From an uncultured Phycisphaerales bacterium (GTDB taxonomy: Bacteria; Planctomycetota; Phycisphaerae; WQYP01), in NCBI GenBank assembly GCA_963766775.1, contig CAVYBP010000002.1, positions 406,910 through 470,909 of the forward strand: 64,000 bases of DNA, read 5' to 3'. The notes beneath the pieces are model-generated. The model saw only the letters and a list, made by a program, of their open reading frames with translations. It was not told the DNA's origin and made no database searches. Shown piece after piece: positions 38,989-48,139 of this stretch (its first letter is position 1; each line of letters opens with the position of its first letter). A program made the position numbers and the translations under genes.

Positions 38989-40311
38989 TTACGGGTGAAC
39001 GTAGTGTTTGACCGGGTGCATTCCGGCGTCGATCAAATTGCCGTCGATGCGCTGGTACATCATGATTCCGATCTGGAACTTGTCGGCGTAGCGTTCCTGG
39101 AACCGAACGAACTGCATGCCCTTGACCGTGCGGACCTTGTACTTGGAGAAGTCGCCGAACACGATGGATTTATTGCCCGTCGCGATCTGCGCCATGTCCT
39201 GATTGATCCCGAATGGGTAGCCGTTGATGCGGTCCGGGTCACTGCCATTGATGCCCTCGGTGGTTCCACCGGCGAGGAAGAGCGGGCGACCGTTGCTATC
39301 CACGAGCTTTTTGATGGCCAGCAAGGTGGTATCGTGGAAGAGGAACTTGGCCTTCGGACGATAGGCCGGGTCGATGGAGTGAATGAGGGTGAGGATTTCA
39401 CTGTACGCGATGGCGGTAGCGGACGCCGCGGTAACGCCCAGCGTGGTCACCGTCATGAGGCCGGTCGGCTGAGTGGTCGGGCCGGTACCGTTAGTGAAGA
39501 GGCTGTTCTTGCGACGGCCCAAACGCTCGGCAGCAGCCGCTTTGATGTAGCTCTCGATGTCAAAACCCGAGTCCTGCAAAAGCATGATCGGAATAAGCAC
39601 GATGCCGGAGTCAACAAGATACGCGCCCAACGTGAGCGACCCGAACGTGGGGTCCTGCGTGCTGGTGGCGGTGGTGTTTTCGGCGAGATTTTCGCCGCTG
39701 TTGGCCACGTCGGTCATGCTGGGCAAGGTGAGGGGATGGCCGGTGTCGGTCTGGTAGGTGGTGGTGTCCACGAAGTTCAGCAAGTCGCCCCACGCCTTTT
39801 CAGCAACTTCCAACTGCGTGGAAAGTTCCGTGGGGATCGTGACGCCGCCGGCAGAGCCGGTGACGAGCGACAGGGCGCGCTTGTTCTCGCTGTCGATCTT
39901 CGACTCTTCGTATTCCTGAAACGCGCGTTCCTCTTCGGTGTGGTGGGCCATCGAGCCATTCATAATGACCTTGCGGAGCGATTCCTTGCGCAGGCTTCGC
40001 GCCTTGGCCGGGTCCATCTTGGTGAACTTCTCCTCGGCGGCGTTGTCCGCGCCGGTGATGTCTTCCCGTCCGCCGCGTCGGGCGTCGGGCTTGATTTCAT
40101 TCATTTCCCGGTCAGCGTCAAGCTGGCGCTCGATACGTTCGATGTCGATTTTGAGGGTGTCGCCTTCCTTGTGGCGTTTCTCAAACTCGGCATTCTCCTC
40201 CGTGGTGAACTCCCGCTTTTCAGCGGTCACTTTGGTGAGGATGGCGTTGGCGCCATCGAGTGCGGCTTTGCGCTGGGTGCGTTTTTCTTTGAGGGCAATC
40301 GTGAGAGACAT
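38989..40311 (-). CDS. HK97-family major capsid protein
   Basis: The ATG at 40311 is preceded by ggagaa. A coiled-coil delta-like N-terminus (MSLTIALKEKRTQRKAALD...) is followed by the HK97-fold core (GYPFGINQDM, FGDFSKYKVR). Confidence 0.85.
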   Translation of the reverse strand: MSLTIALKEKRTQRKAALDGANAILTKVTAEKREFTTEENAEFEKRHKEGDTLKIDIERIERQLDADREMNEIKPDARRGGREDITGADNAAEEKFTKMDPAKARSLRKESLRKVIMNGSMAHHTEEERAFQEYEESKIDSENKRALSLVTGSAGGVTIPTELSTQLEVAEKAWGDLLNFVDTTTYQTDTGHPLTLPSMTDVANSGENLAENTTATSTQDPTFGSLTLGAYLVDSGIVLIPIMLLQDSGFDIESYIKAAAAERLGRRKNSLFTNGTGPTTQPTGLMTVTTLGVTAASATAIAYSEILTLIHSIDPAYRPKAKFLFHDTTLLAIKKLVDSNGRPLFLAGGTTEGINGSDPDRINGYPFGINQDMAQIATGNKSIVFGDFSKYKVRTVKGMQFVRFQERYADKFQIGIMMYQRIDGNLIDAGMHPVKHYVHP

Positions 40312-40353
40312 GGAATTCTCCGGCTTGCGCCGACGGTCCCCGCGATTTGCGGT

Positions 40354-40415
40354 AGCCCAAAAGCAAAAGCACGGGCCGTCAGCAAGGTTTTTAATCTTGC
40401 GAACAGCCCGTGCTT
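40354..40415 (-). terminator. terminator-like hairpin in the protease-capsid spacer
   Basis: The minus strand has AAGCACGGGC...GCCCGTGCTT (40415-40406 / 40376-40367) with an inner GCAAG/CTTGC stem, followed by TTTGCTTTTGGG. Confidence 0.4.
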
Positions 40416-40562
40416 GTCTCGGCAATGCCTCGGGTCTGCGTCTCACGTTTCCCGCGTCGTCGTCTCTGCGCCGTTCATCGGGGTCGTGGTGGGCTCGGGT
40501 TTTTCGATTCACCAACTCTATAGGTTGGGATACTCTCCGCAATGGTTTCGATTACAAACCCA

Positions 40563-41171
40563 TTACATGCTCAATTCCGCTCGCCGCTGGCGAATCTGTT
40601 GCGGGCTCAATTCCGCCGTCTTGGGCGGCGTCTGCTTGCCCTGCCATGTACGAAGCTCGCGGACGGCAACGCTGGTGTCCGGGTAGGCCGGGAAGGTCAC
40701 CACGGATACGTCGCCGTCGTCTATCTCCACCTCCAGCAACGTCCTCACCACTAGGCCGTTCACCTCTGCCCACGAATCGCTAACCGTCCAGAATCCAAAG
40801 CTCATTTGGTCGATGTCGCCACGGTCCATGCTGGCCATCAAATCCCGGGCGAAGCTGGTGTCGGGGGCGTCGATCTCCACGCTCAGCCCGCTATCGTCCT
40901 GGGTGAGCCGCAACGTGTTGGATTTTGTACGACCCAACACCTTCCCGCTGTCATGGTCGATGAGTGCCCGCACGTCGGGGTTCTTGGCAAGGGTATTGGT
41001 GAACGCACCTCTGGCCACGCGCTCCACAAATCCGCCCAAGTCGAAAGAATTTTTGTCGAACACGCTGGCGTATCCTTCGATCACGGGCGCTTTGCCGGCG
41101 TCCCGTCGCACACGCAATTCCTTCATGGTGAAGGTGCGGAGTTCTTTTTCCTTGACGATTTTGGTAGCCAT
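40563..41171 (-). CDS. HK97-family prohead protease
   Basis: VIEGYASVFDKNSFDLGGFVERVARGAFTNTL...ALIDHDSGKVLGRT...MSFGF are S78 motifs. The ATG at 41171 lies just after the portal stop. Confidence 0.85.
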   Translation of the reverse strand: MATKIVKEKELRTFTMKELRVRRDAGKAPVIEGYASVFDKNSFDLGGFVERVARGAFTNTLAKNPDVRALIDHDSGKVLGRTKSNTLRLTQDDSGLSVEIDAPDTSFARDLMASMDRGDIDQMSFGFWTVSDSWAEVNGLVVRTLLEVEIDDGDVSVVTFPAYPDTSVAVRELRTWQGKQTPPKTAELSPQQIRQRRAELSM

Positions 41172-41176
41172 GCGGC

Positions 41177-42915
41177 TTATCCTTTCAATTTGAGGGCGAC
41201 AATATCCACGATCTTCTGTGACAACTCCGACGCAACGGCGGCGGGGCGGGTTTTCTCTCGCTCTTGGCAAAATTCTTTGACCCGGCCTGCCCCGAAAGCC
41301 GTGCGAAGTGACTCCCGCACGCTTTTTAGTTCAGCGTCAATGAACACGTTGACGGCGCTTTGGACGGCGGCAGCAAGGTCGAGGGCGAGGCCATCCCCGC
41401 CCGCGGCGGCTTCGGCGAGGGCTTCGGCTGGCACGATGTATGCCTCTCGAAGATGGTCCCGATGCTCCCCATAGAACTTCTCGGCCCATTGCTCAAAAGC
41501 TCCCGCGTCTCGACCGTCGAAACGCTCAGCCGCCCTCGCTTCTTTCCTGACGAGCCGCTCGGCGGCGGCGGCGAAGAGCCGGGCATGTGATTTAGCGAGG
41601 CGGCGCATGGCGTTGGCGTTGTCCACGGTGCGGTTGGTTGGCACTGGTAGCGCGCGGTCCTTTTTCTTTTTCTTCGGCGAGTCCGGTTCATCATCGGACG
41701 GATCGGCGGGCGTCGGCGGGTCAGTTTCTTCGACCGGGTCGGCGGCGTCGGTCATATTGGTTGGCGATAGGTATGTGTCGCCGCCCTTGATCTGATTCAA
41801 GTCTTCCATCCCGCGCACGTCGTTGGCGCTGAGGTATCCATTCTGCCGGCCGCTGGCATAAAATGCCATGCGGGATTTGATGTCGCCGCGCAAAAGCGAT
41901 CGCTCGTTAAAGCTGGTGTAATACTGTCCGCCTGGCGGGAGAAGTTTAGCATCACATTCCTGTTCGAATTTACACGTGTAAGTCGCAAGCGTGTTGGTGA
42001 GGAAGTCGAGGGATTGCTGCTCGATGTTGTTGTTTGTCGAACGGTCGAGGTCAGCCAGCATGTGCGGCGGGATGCGGTAGATACGGGCGATCTCCTGCAC
42101 CTGAAATTTCCGGGTTTGAAGGAACTGCGCATCCTCGGGCGGAATCCCCACGCGGTTGTAGGTCATTCCCTCCTCGAGGATCGTCAATTTGTTGGCGTTG
42201 TTCACGCCCTGATGTTTCGCATTCCAACTCTCCATCAAACGGCGGTAAGCGCCATCGGTGAGATTCTTGGGATGGGTGAGGGTTCCACTCACATTTGCAC
42301 CATTCCCGAAAAATGCTGCGCCGAAAAGCTCCGCAGCCTTTCCGAGTCCCACGGCTTCGCGAGCGTAGGCGATGGGTGAAAGCCCCTCAATCCCGTTCAG
42401 GCTTAGGCCCGGAACGTACAGCACTTCATCCATGCTGAATTCCCCGCCGCCGTCCACTTGGATTTTCATCACGCCGCCGGTGCGGGTCGGGCGCATGAGG
42501 CGGGACATAAAGGGGATGAGTCGGGCAGGGCGTCCGGCGTTGTCATATTCGATCTTCGCGCCGCTCGCCCCCACAACACGAGATTCGCGAAAAACGTCTC
42601 CTTGAACACGGCGGCGGTCATGTACTCATTGGCGGCGGTCGAGAGAAGCCGGTGGGCGGGCATACTTCGGGCAATCTCCTTGCCCTGATCGTTTTCGAGG
42701 TTCCGATAAACGTTCACCTCCATGCTTCCTAGCGCCTCGGACAGCACGCGAACGGCGGCAAAAACAGCACTGAAGGTCAAGGCCGTCGCCTCATTGATTT
42801 GAACGCCGGATTTCGTCGGACCCATCGACAGAAGCATGGCCAATTGCTCCATGTTGATAGGCACGTTCGGATTTTCAATTGAGCGGTTTTCCCGCAAGAT
42901 TCCAAGCAAACCCAT
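41177..42915 (-). pseudogene. HK97-family portal protein, 1-nt deletion in a C5 run at 42568-42572
   Basis: The N-part (ATG 42915, MGLLGILREN...FKETFFANLVLWG) and the C-part (ASGAKIEYDNAGRP...YRIPPHMLADL) join if the G run on the coding strand is 6 rather than 5. Confidence 0.85.
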
Positions 42916-43103
42916 TATTGCTCCTCTGGTTTGGATGGCGGCGTAGGCCGACCGCTCGTGATCGCTTCGGCCAATAGGAATCCGCCCCCGACAATGAGAG
43001 ATGCGGGAAAATAAATCAGCCCCGCGCCCACGGTGATGCTGGTGGCTCCGAGGACTGCGATGATCGTGCTGGGCGGAATATTCGGCATTTTTGGCATTTT
43101 CAT
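42915..43103 (-). CDS. small membrane protein between terminase and portal
   Basis: The 62-aa protein has two hydrophobic segments. The ends abut or overlap the neighbouring genes by 1-4 nt (ORF coordinates). Confidence 0.45.
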   Translation of the reverse strand: MKMPKMPNIPPSTIIAVLGATSITVGAGLIYFPASLIVGGGFLLAEAITSGRPTPPSKPEEQ

Positions 43104-44782
43104 AGCGTGCGTAGTCCTCGTGTTTCGTAGACGCTCGTTTCGTTCGTGTCGCTGAACATTGCCCGCGCAAGAGCGGTCACTATTGCGGCTATGCCGTCGA
43201 TCTTCTCGGTGCTTTTTGACTTCGATGGCTTGATGTTGCCTGCGGAGTCTGTTTCAGCGGCCACATTGGACGCCATCCAATCCAGAACTGGGTTTCCATC
43301 GTGCGCAAAATCTCCATGTACAATCTGCTTTTCCAGTTCCTTCGATGGAGAATTCAGGTCTTTGAATCTTTGATTCACTTCTACGACCGTCATGCCCTGC
43401 GCCTGCAACTTCAAAACAAGCTGGGTGGCGTTAAAGGGATCAAATCCGATTTCCTGGACATCCCACAGCTTGGCATCCGTCTCAATTTGAGCCTGGATGT
43501 AGTCGTAGTCGATGACGTTGCCCGGCGTAAGAAAAAGGAAACCTTGCTCCCCCCACGTCTTATAGGGAACCTTGTCGTTCGACTCTCGCGATGCGGCGGT
43601 TTCTTCCGGCACCCAAAAACGACCCTTGTACCTCCACCGCCGATCCGCTTCGGTCGGGGGGAAACAATACACAGCGGCGGTGATGTCCAGTTTGGTCGAT
43701 AAATCGAGGCCGAGAAAACACCGCCGGCCAGATAGGTCGATGTCGGCCATAGGTGATTTGCACATTCGCCATTTGTCCATGCGAATCCAACGCTGCGCCT
43801 GCTCTGTCCATCGGTTCATGTGCTTGCGCAGGAATTCGTTTTGGAAGGTCGGCATCTGATCGGCTTTTCTGGCCTTCCGCTCCAAATCGTCAATTTTGAC
43901 CGACACACCGAGCCCTGGGTTAGCTTTAGGCCAGTTTTTGGGATCGCGCCAGTCGTCCTCTTCATCAATCGCATAAATGATCGCGAAGAAAGTGTCGTCT
44001 TGAATGATCCCTTCCAGCACTTTTTCGGAGTACGCGTGCATGTCCCAACAGACGCCGATTCGGCCCGCGCCGGCGGTGGTGATGATGAAGATTAGTGGTT
44101 GGCGGCGGGATCCCGTAGCGGAGTCCAGAACATCCAAAAGCCCGCGAGTTTTGTGCGCATGAAGCTCATCGACAATCGCGCCATGCGGGTTCAGGCCATC
44201 GAGCGTGTCCGAGTCCGCGCCAAGCGGGACAAACTTTGACGCCGTCTCCTCCAGAAATAGATTGTCCTTTAGGACTGCGATTAGCGTTTTGAGGTCGGGC
44301 GAGGCTTTGACCATTCGGACGGCTTCTGAATGGACAATTCGTGCCTGGTCCCGCTTCGTGGCGGCGGTGTAAACTTCGGCACCCGGCTCGCCGTCTCCGG
44401 CGAAGAGTTCAAGTCCGATCCCTGCTGCAAACGTCGATTTGCCATTTTTTCGCGCGACCTCTTCATAAGCCATTCGGAACCGCCGGAACCCATCCGCCCG
44501 ACGCCAGCCAAAAAGACACCACAAAATAAACTGCTGCCAGTCCGACAATGCAAACTGAGTTCCCGCCCACTCGCCTTTCGAGTGTTTGAGGAAAGAAAAA
44601 AAGCGGATTGCCCGCTCGGCCTTCGCGCGATCGAACCGAAGCCCACGCTTGTGGCCATCGCGCAGGTCGTTCACATGGCGCTCTACCGCGAGCCGTGCCC
44701 ACTTGCCTATGACGATATTCCCCGCCAAAACATCCGTTATGTACTGCTCTGCCGGGTGAGCTATGAGCTTTTGCGTTTTCAT
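43100..44782 (-). CDS. terL: terminase large subunit
   Basis: It has a Walker A-like VARKNGKST and DELH, and size and position fit. The start is chosen at MKTQKL (44782). Confidence 0.85.
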   Translation of the reverse strand: MKTQKLIAHPAEQYITDVLAGNIVIGKWARLAVERHVNDLRDGHKRGLRFDRAKAERAIRFFSFLKHSKGEWAGTQFALSDWQQFILWCLFGWRRADGFRRFRMAYEEVARKNGKSTFAAGIGLELFAGDGEPGAEVYTAATKRDQARIVHSEAVRMVKASPDLKTLIAVLKDNLFLEETASKFVPLGADSDTLDGLNPHGAIVDELHAHKTRGLLDVLDSATGSRRQPLIFIITTAGAGRIGVCWDMHAYSEKVLEGIIQDDTFFAIIYAIDEEDDWRDPKNWPKANPGLGVSVKIDDLERKARKADQMPTFQNEFLRKHMNRWTEQAQRWIRMDKWRMCKSPMADIDLSGRRCFLGLDLSTKLDITAAVYCFPPTEADRRWRYKGRFWVPEETAASRESNDKVPYKTWGEQGFLFLTPGNVIDYDYIQAQIETDAKLWDVQEIGFDPFNATQLVLKLQAQGMTVVEVNQRFKDLNSPSKELEKQIVHGDFAHDGNPVLDWMASNVAAETDSAGNIKPSKSKSTEKIDGIAAIVTALARAMFSDTNETSVYETRGLRTL

Positions 44783-45245
44783 CCGCGCCCCCGCCCAAGA
44801 ATTTCGCAAGGTTGTTTTCAGGAGCATCCTTCTCCACGCGCAGGCTCGACCGGCTGGAAGGCGTCAAACCAAACTCCGCGCCGAGCTTCCGCATTTGCTC
44901 CATCGCTTTATTTGCGATGGGGAGATAAGGATTGGGCTGCGGTGATCCGCCAACGTTCACCACTTCTCCATCCTCGACAACCCTCTTCTGTGAACGCACG
45001 AGACGAGCGTAGGCAAGGCAGTACATCACAATCGCATCACGATCTGTTTTCGCCAATATCTTCATCTCCCGAAGTTCAGTTAAGAGTGAGAACCACCGTT
45101 GCTGTGCGATGGGGTCAACAATCTCCTCTGGCCACACGGGATCACCTGGCGGCGGCTTCGGCTCATCACCATTGATTGGCCGCTTGCCGGGGTTGCCTTG
45201 GGCGAGTTTGAGGGCATTGGGCTTTGGCTTGGGTCCGCGTTTCAT
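44779..45245 (-). CDS. terS: terminase small subunit, P27 family (3' end uncertain; probable frameshift)
   Basis: MKRGPKPKPNALKLAQGNPGKRP...DAIVMYCLAYARLVR...LGAEFGLTPSSRS fits the P27 family. The listed frame runs 320 nt into terL, whereas another frame ends in a TGA overlapping the terL ATG (gGATGAaa). Confidence 0.65.
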
Positions 45246-45904
45246 TTTGTGTCCCCCGCTGCCAACACGGTATCCATCCACGTGCTGTGAAAATCATAGA
45301 GTTGCGGGTCGTTGGTGATGGTGAACTGTTCAGTGTTCCTGCAACTTCTTAAATTTGCCGATCCATCCACCGTGTAACTCTCGCCCGCCGTCGTCCGCAT
45401 CATGATTATTTTGGCGTGATTGCGCATCGCCACAATCTTCTGACCGCGCACATAAAGCCCTGCGGTCATGTGCTCGAAAATCTCGGTGCTCGTGGAGCGG
45501 AAATAGCAACTGCACACGATCTTGGCCGCACTGATCTTGCCTGCGTCGATCATGGCGAAAAGATCGTTTGCGTTTTTGACCGAAAATCCGAGAGTTGCAA
45601 TCCGAAGTTCGGCGATTGTGGCGGGGGAAATCATGGCGATGGTGGCAGGGACGATATCGAAGAGGGAATAGTTGCCGCGAGTTATGCAATGGAGCGAGAC
45701 GCCTTGCGCGGGAAGTTCCCTGATGTGATCGGTGGCGTTGGCAACGCGCAGGGAATCGAAGTATTCACGCTTCGTCGGTTTTCGGCTGAAGGTGGCATTC
45801 TTAATCATCTCCGGCGTCGGGTCGGTAGCCACGTCTTGTGTCATGGCCGATTCAAATCCCCGCAACTCCCGTATGCTGGTCATAGAAAAATCTTTGACTG
45901 TCAT
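45242..45904 (-). CDS. hypothetical protein with a single degenerate HKD-like (PLD/Nuc-type) motif
   Basis: NHAKIIMMRTTAGESYTVDGSANL resembles HxK(x)4D(x)nGSxN but with R in place of D and longer spacing. ATGA overlaps occur with HNH upstream and terS downstream. Confidence 0.4.
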   Translation of the reverse strand: MTVKDFSMTSIRELRGFESAMTQDVATDPTPEMIKNATFSRKPTKREYFDSLRVANATDHIRELPAQGVSLHCITRGNYSLFDIVPATIAMISPATIAELRIATLGFSVKNANDLFAMIDAGKISAAKIVCSCYFRSTSTEIFEHMTAGLYVRGQKIVAMRNHAKIIMMRTTAGESYTVDGSANLRSCRNTEQFTITNDPQLYDFHSTWMDTVLAAGDTK

Positions 45905-46212
45905 CGTCCAAATCCCCCATCCTCGGTCGCGGTCTTTTTATTGTGGTGCGTCTCACATAACGGTTGATGGTTGCTGTTGTCCCAAAACAACTTATCGTCG
46001 CCGCGGTGCGGGATGATATGGTCAACCACGGTTGGGGGTGTGAATCGGCCTTCCGCTTTGCAATGCCGACACACTGCATTCTCGGGCTGTCCGAGAAACC
46101 AAATCCGATACTTCTGCCACCTCGCCCCATATCCACGTTCCGCCGCCGTTCCGCGACGCTCGTCGTGCGACTGGTGAAAGGCTGGGCGATGAATGGGTGG
46201 GCGAGTTGGCAT
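45901..46212 (-). CDS. HNH endonuclease
   Basis: CRHCKAEGRFTPPTVVDHIIPHRGDDKLFWDNSNHQPLCETHHNKKT is an HNH motif. The position next to the terminase is typical. Confidence 0.85.
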   Translation of the reverse strand: MPTRPPIHRPAFHQSHDERRGTAAERGYGARWQKYRIWFLGQPENAVCRHCKAEGRFTPPTVVDHIIPHRGDDKLFWDNSNHQPLCETHHNKKTATEDGGFGR

Positions 46213-46515
46213 TTACATGACTACCAATAAATCGGCATAGAGGCTTTGGCTTGCGCTTGCGGATTGAATTTGGATGAGGGCGATTCCATTGCCATTAGTG
46301 CCGCCGCTTATTTGCTTGATTCCGCCGGGCCCGATGGAGAGAAAATTGACGCGACCTTGAATGTCGGTCCATTGGATGGCGATGCGATCCGTATTCGCTG
46401 TGGGAGCTTCAAATTCAAACGTGCGGGCCGGGCCATCCGTGCTTGCATTAAAGACGGTGCTGAGCGTGGCCGGCGTTGCCGACGTAACAAATGGTGTTGC
46501 GCTTCCTCGACTCAT
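46213..46515 (-). CDS. hypothetical protein
   Basis: The 100-aa ORF is tightly packed (TAAATG junction with HNH). No motif was recognised. Confidence 0.4.
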   Translation of the reverse strand: MSRGSATPFVTSATPATLSTVFNASTDGPARTFEFEAPTANTDRIAIQWTDIQGRVNFLSIGPGGIKQISGGTNGNGIALIQIQSASASQSLYADLLVVM

Positions 46516-46530
46516 GATGATATTCCTTTG

Positions 46531-48123
46531 TTAAAATCCAAAACCAAAACCGCCGCCTGATAGTTGCCCCGCTCCCGCCCCGTTCGCATTACTAAAAAGC
46601 TTAAATAAAACCGTATTAGACCAAGCCGCCGCCAACACGGGTTGACCAGTTGCGTTCGGATGCAGTCCGTCTGCGCTCCATGCGTTGTAATTGTTGGCGA
46701 AAAGCTGATATGCGGTGCGGTCGCCGATGATTGCACCGCTCAAGTTGTAATGTGATGCGTTGTAGGCCAACAGCAACGCGTTGGTTGAATCGACAAATGC
46801 GCTATTGGCAAAGCTCTGGTTGTAATAGAGACAGCCATTGACGACGACCTTGCCAGTGCCGAGGTTGGACGTGGCCGCGCGGCACCAATTGACGATGGCC
46901 TGCATGTTGACCTGGTACGCAGCGGCGGTGCGTAATCCCACCGCCGCGTCGTTTGCGCCGAGCATGAGCAGAACGATATCGGGGGCAAAGGCGACGATTG
47001 CTGATTGATAGGCGATGTACTCCGCGCCGCCGCTGATCCAGTCGCTCGTTTGAGTGCCGGATACCGCATAATTTGCGAGCGTTATGTCGCAACCCAAAAT
47101 TGCCTCAAGGTCCGCCTTAAACGCGGCGGCGGTTGCCCCCGGCGAGTTGATGGGGTCGGCTGGATTTCCGCCCGCGCTGCTGATTGAGTCGCCGACTACC
47201 GCGATCTTAATTGAGGGCCGGGTCTTGAGGGCGACGGCAATCTTGGAAGAGTAGCCAATTTGGGGAGTTGGCGATGTCGAGTCCGTGATTTTGTAGGCGT
47301 AAAAGTATGTGGTGTTTTTTGTCGGCGGAGGTGCGTCAGTCGTCGGAGCCGAGCTGCCGGACGCAATCAATGTCGCCCCGCTCGGAGTGAAGGTCGGGTC
47401 GGTAGAGCGGTGAAGTTCATACGAATATGGCGAGGTTCCTCCACTGACGGTGCCGGGGACGATGGTGATTGTCGTATTGGTGCTGCTGATAGTTGGGAGC
47501 GTCATTGCAGGCAGCGTAGTGTATTGAAAAGTGTCCACACGATAAATGCTGCCGGTCGTATCGGCCTGCAAACCAAACTGCCAAGCACCTCCACCGCCCG
47601 CGTTTGTGAACGCGTTGTCGGTCCAAGTTTGGGTCGCAAGAATCGTTGTGGGATCGCTGACGAGCGCAAGTGTTGCGGTGATCGTGTTGGTTCCAGGGCT
47701 TAACTCTTGGACCGAGTAGGTGTAAACGTAATCTTTTGTGGTGTCGAAAAAATTGATGAATTGGGATTGTGATCCATGCGCGGCCCCACCAAATACCGTT
47801 CCTCCGTTAAAGAATTTGTTGAACGCATCCCCGCCGATGTCGGAGTAATAGCACGTCTCCCCATAGGACGGATAAGTCGCATAATATTTTGCGAATACCC
47901 GAATATGATTGAGCCCAGTCCCGTGGAAATAAACCTGAATTTGACCATTGAGGACAGTTTCGGGCATGAGCGCCGACGCCAGCGGGTTGATCGTCAATGC
48001 CGCCGATCCGACGAGCAGTCCTCCACTGACCGAGTATGCCGACGTGCCAGAGTGGTTGGAGGTCCAGCCAGCCGGAAACGTAGAGCCTGACAGGACATAG
48101 CTGTTGAGGAGTTGGAGGGACAT
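46531..48123 (-). CDS. multidomain SGNH/GDSL esterase (N-terminal lectin-like + Fn3-like + SGNH)
   Basis: IAVVGDSISSAGG (block I), GANDA (block III) and DGLHPN (block V) are SGNH motifs. The protein ends in GGGFGFGF. Confidence 0.75.
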   Translation of the reverse strand: MSLQLLNSYVLSGSTFPAGWTSNHSGTSAYSVSGGLLVGSAALTINPLASALMPETVLNGQIQVYFHGTGLNHIRVFAKYYATYPSYGETCYYSDIGGDAFNKFFNGGTVFGGAAHGSQSQFINFFDTTKDYVYTYSVQELSPGTNTITATLALVSDPTTILATQTWTDNAFTNAGGGGAWQFGLQADTTGSIYRVDTFQYTTLPAMTLPTISSTNTTITIVPGTVSGGTSPYSYELHRSTDPTFTPSGATLIASGSSAPTTDAPPPTKNTTYFYAYKITDSTSPTPQIGYSSKIAVALKTRPSIKIAVVGDSISSAGGNPADPINSPGATAAAFKADLEAILGCDITLANYAVSGTQTSDWISGGAEYIAYQSAIVAFAPDIVLLMLGANDAAVGLRTAAAYQVNMQAIVNWCRAATSNLGTGKVVVNGCLYYNQSFANSAFVDSTNALLLAYNASHYNLSGAIIGDRTAYQLFANNYNAWSADGLHPNATGQPVLAAAWSNTVLFKLFSNANGAGAGQLSGGGFGFGF

Positions 48124-48139
48124 TTTTTATCCTTAAAAA

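Noticed and set aside
40312-40542. Upstream extension of the capsid ORF to 40542
   Set aside because: The extension is Arg-rich (RRRDDDAGNVRRRPEALPRQARAVRK) and contains the hairpins. The ATG at 40311 has a good RBS and a typical capsid N-terminus.
38980-40686. 568-aa plus-strand ORF
   Set aside because: It is antisense to the HK97 major capsid gene and the spacer, and it has no recognisable motifs.
44463-44778. C-terminal 105 codons of ORF 44463..45281 (terS frame running into terL)
   Set aside because: They would overlap terL by about 320 nt and the sequence is low in complexity. An alternative frame stops exactly at the terL ATG, which suggests an indel.
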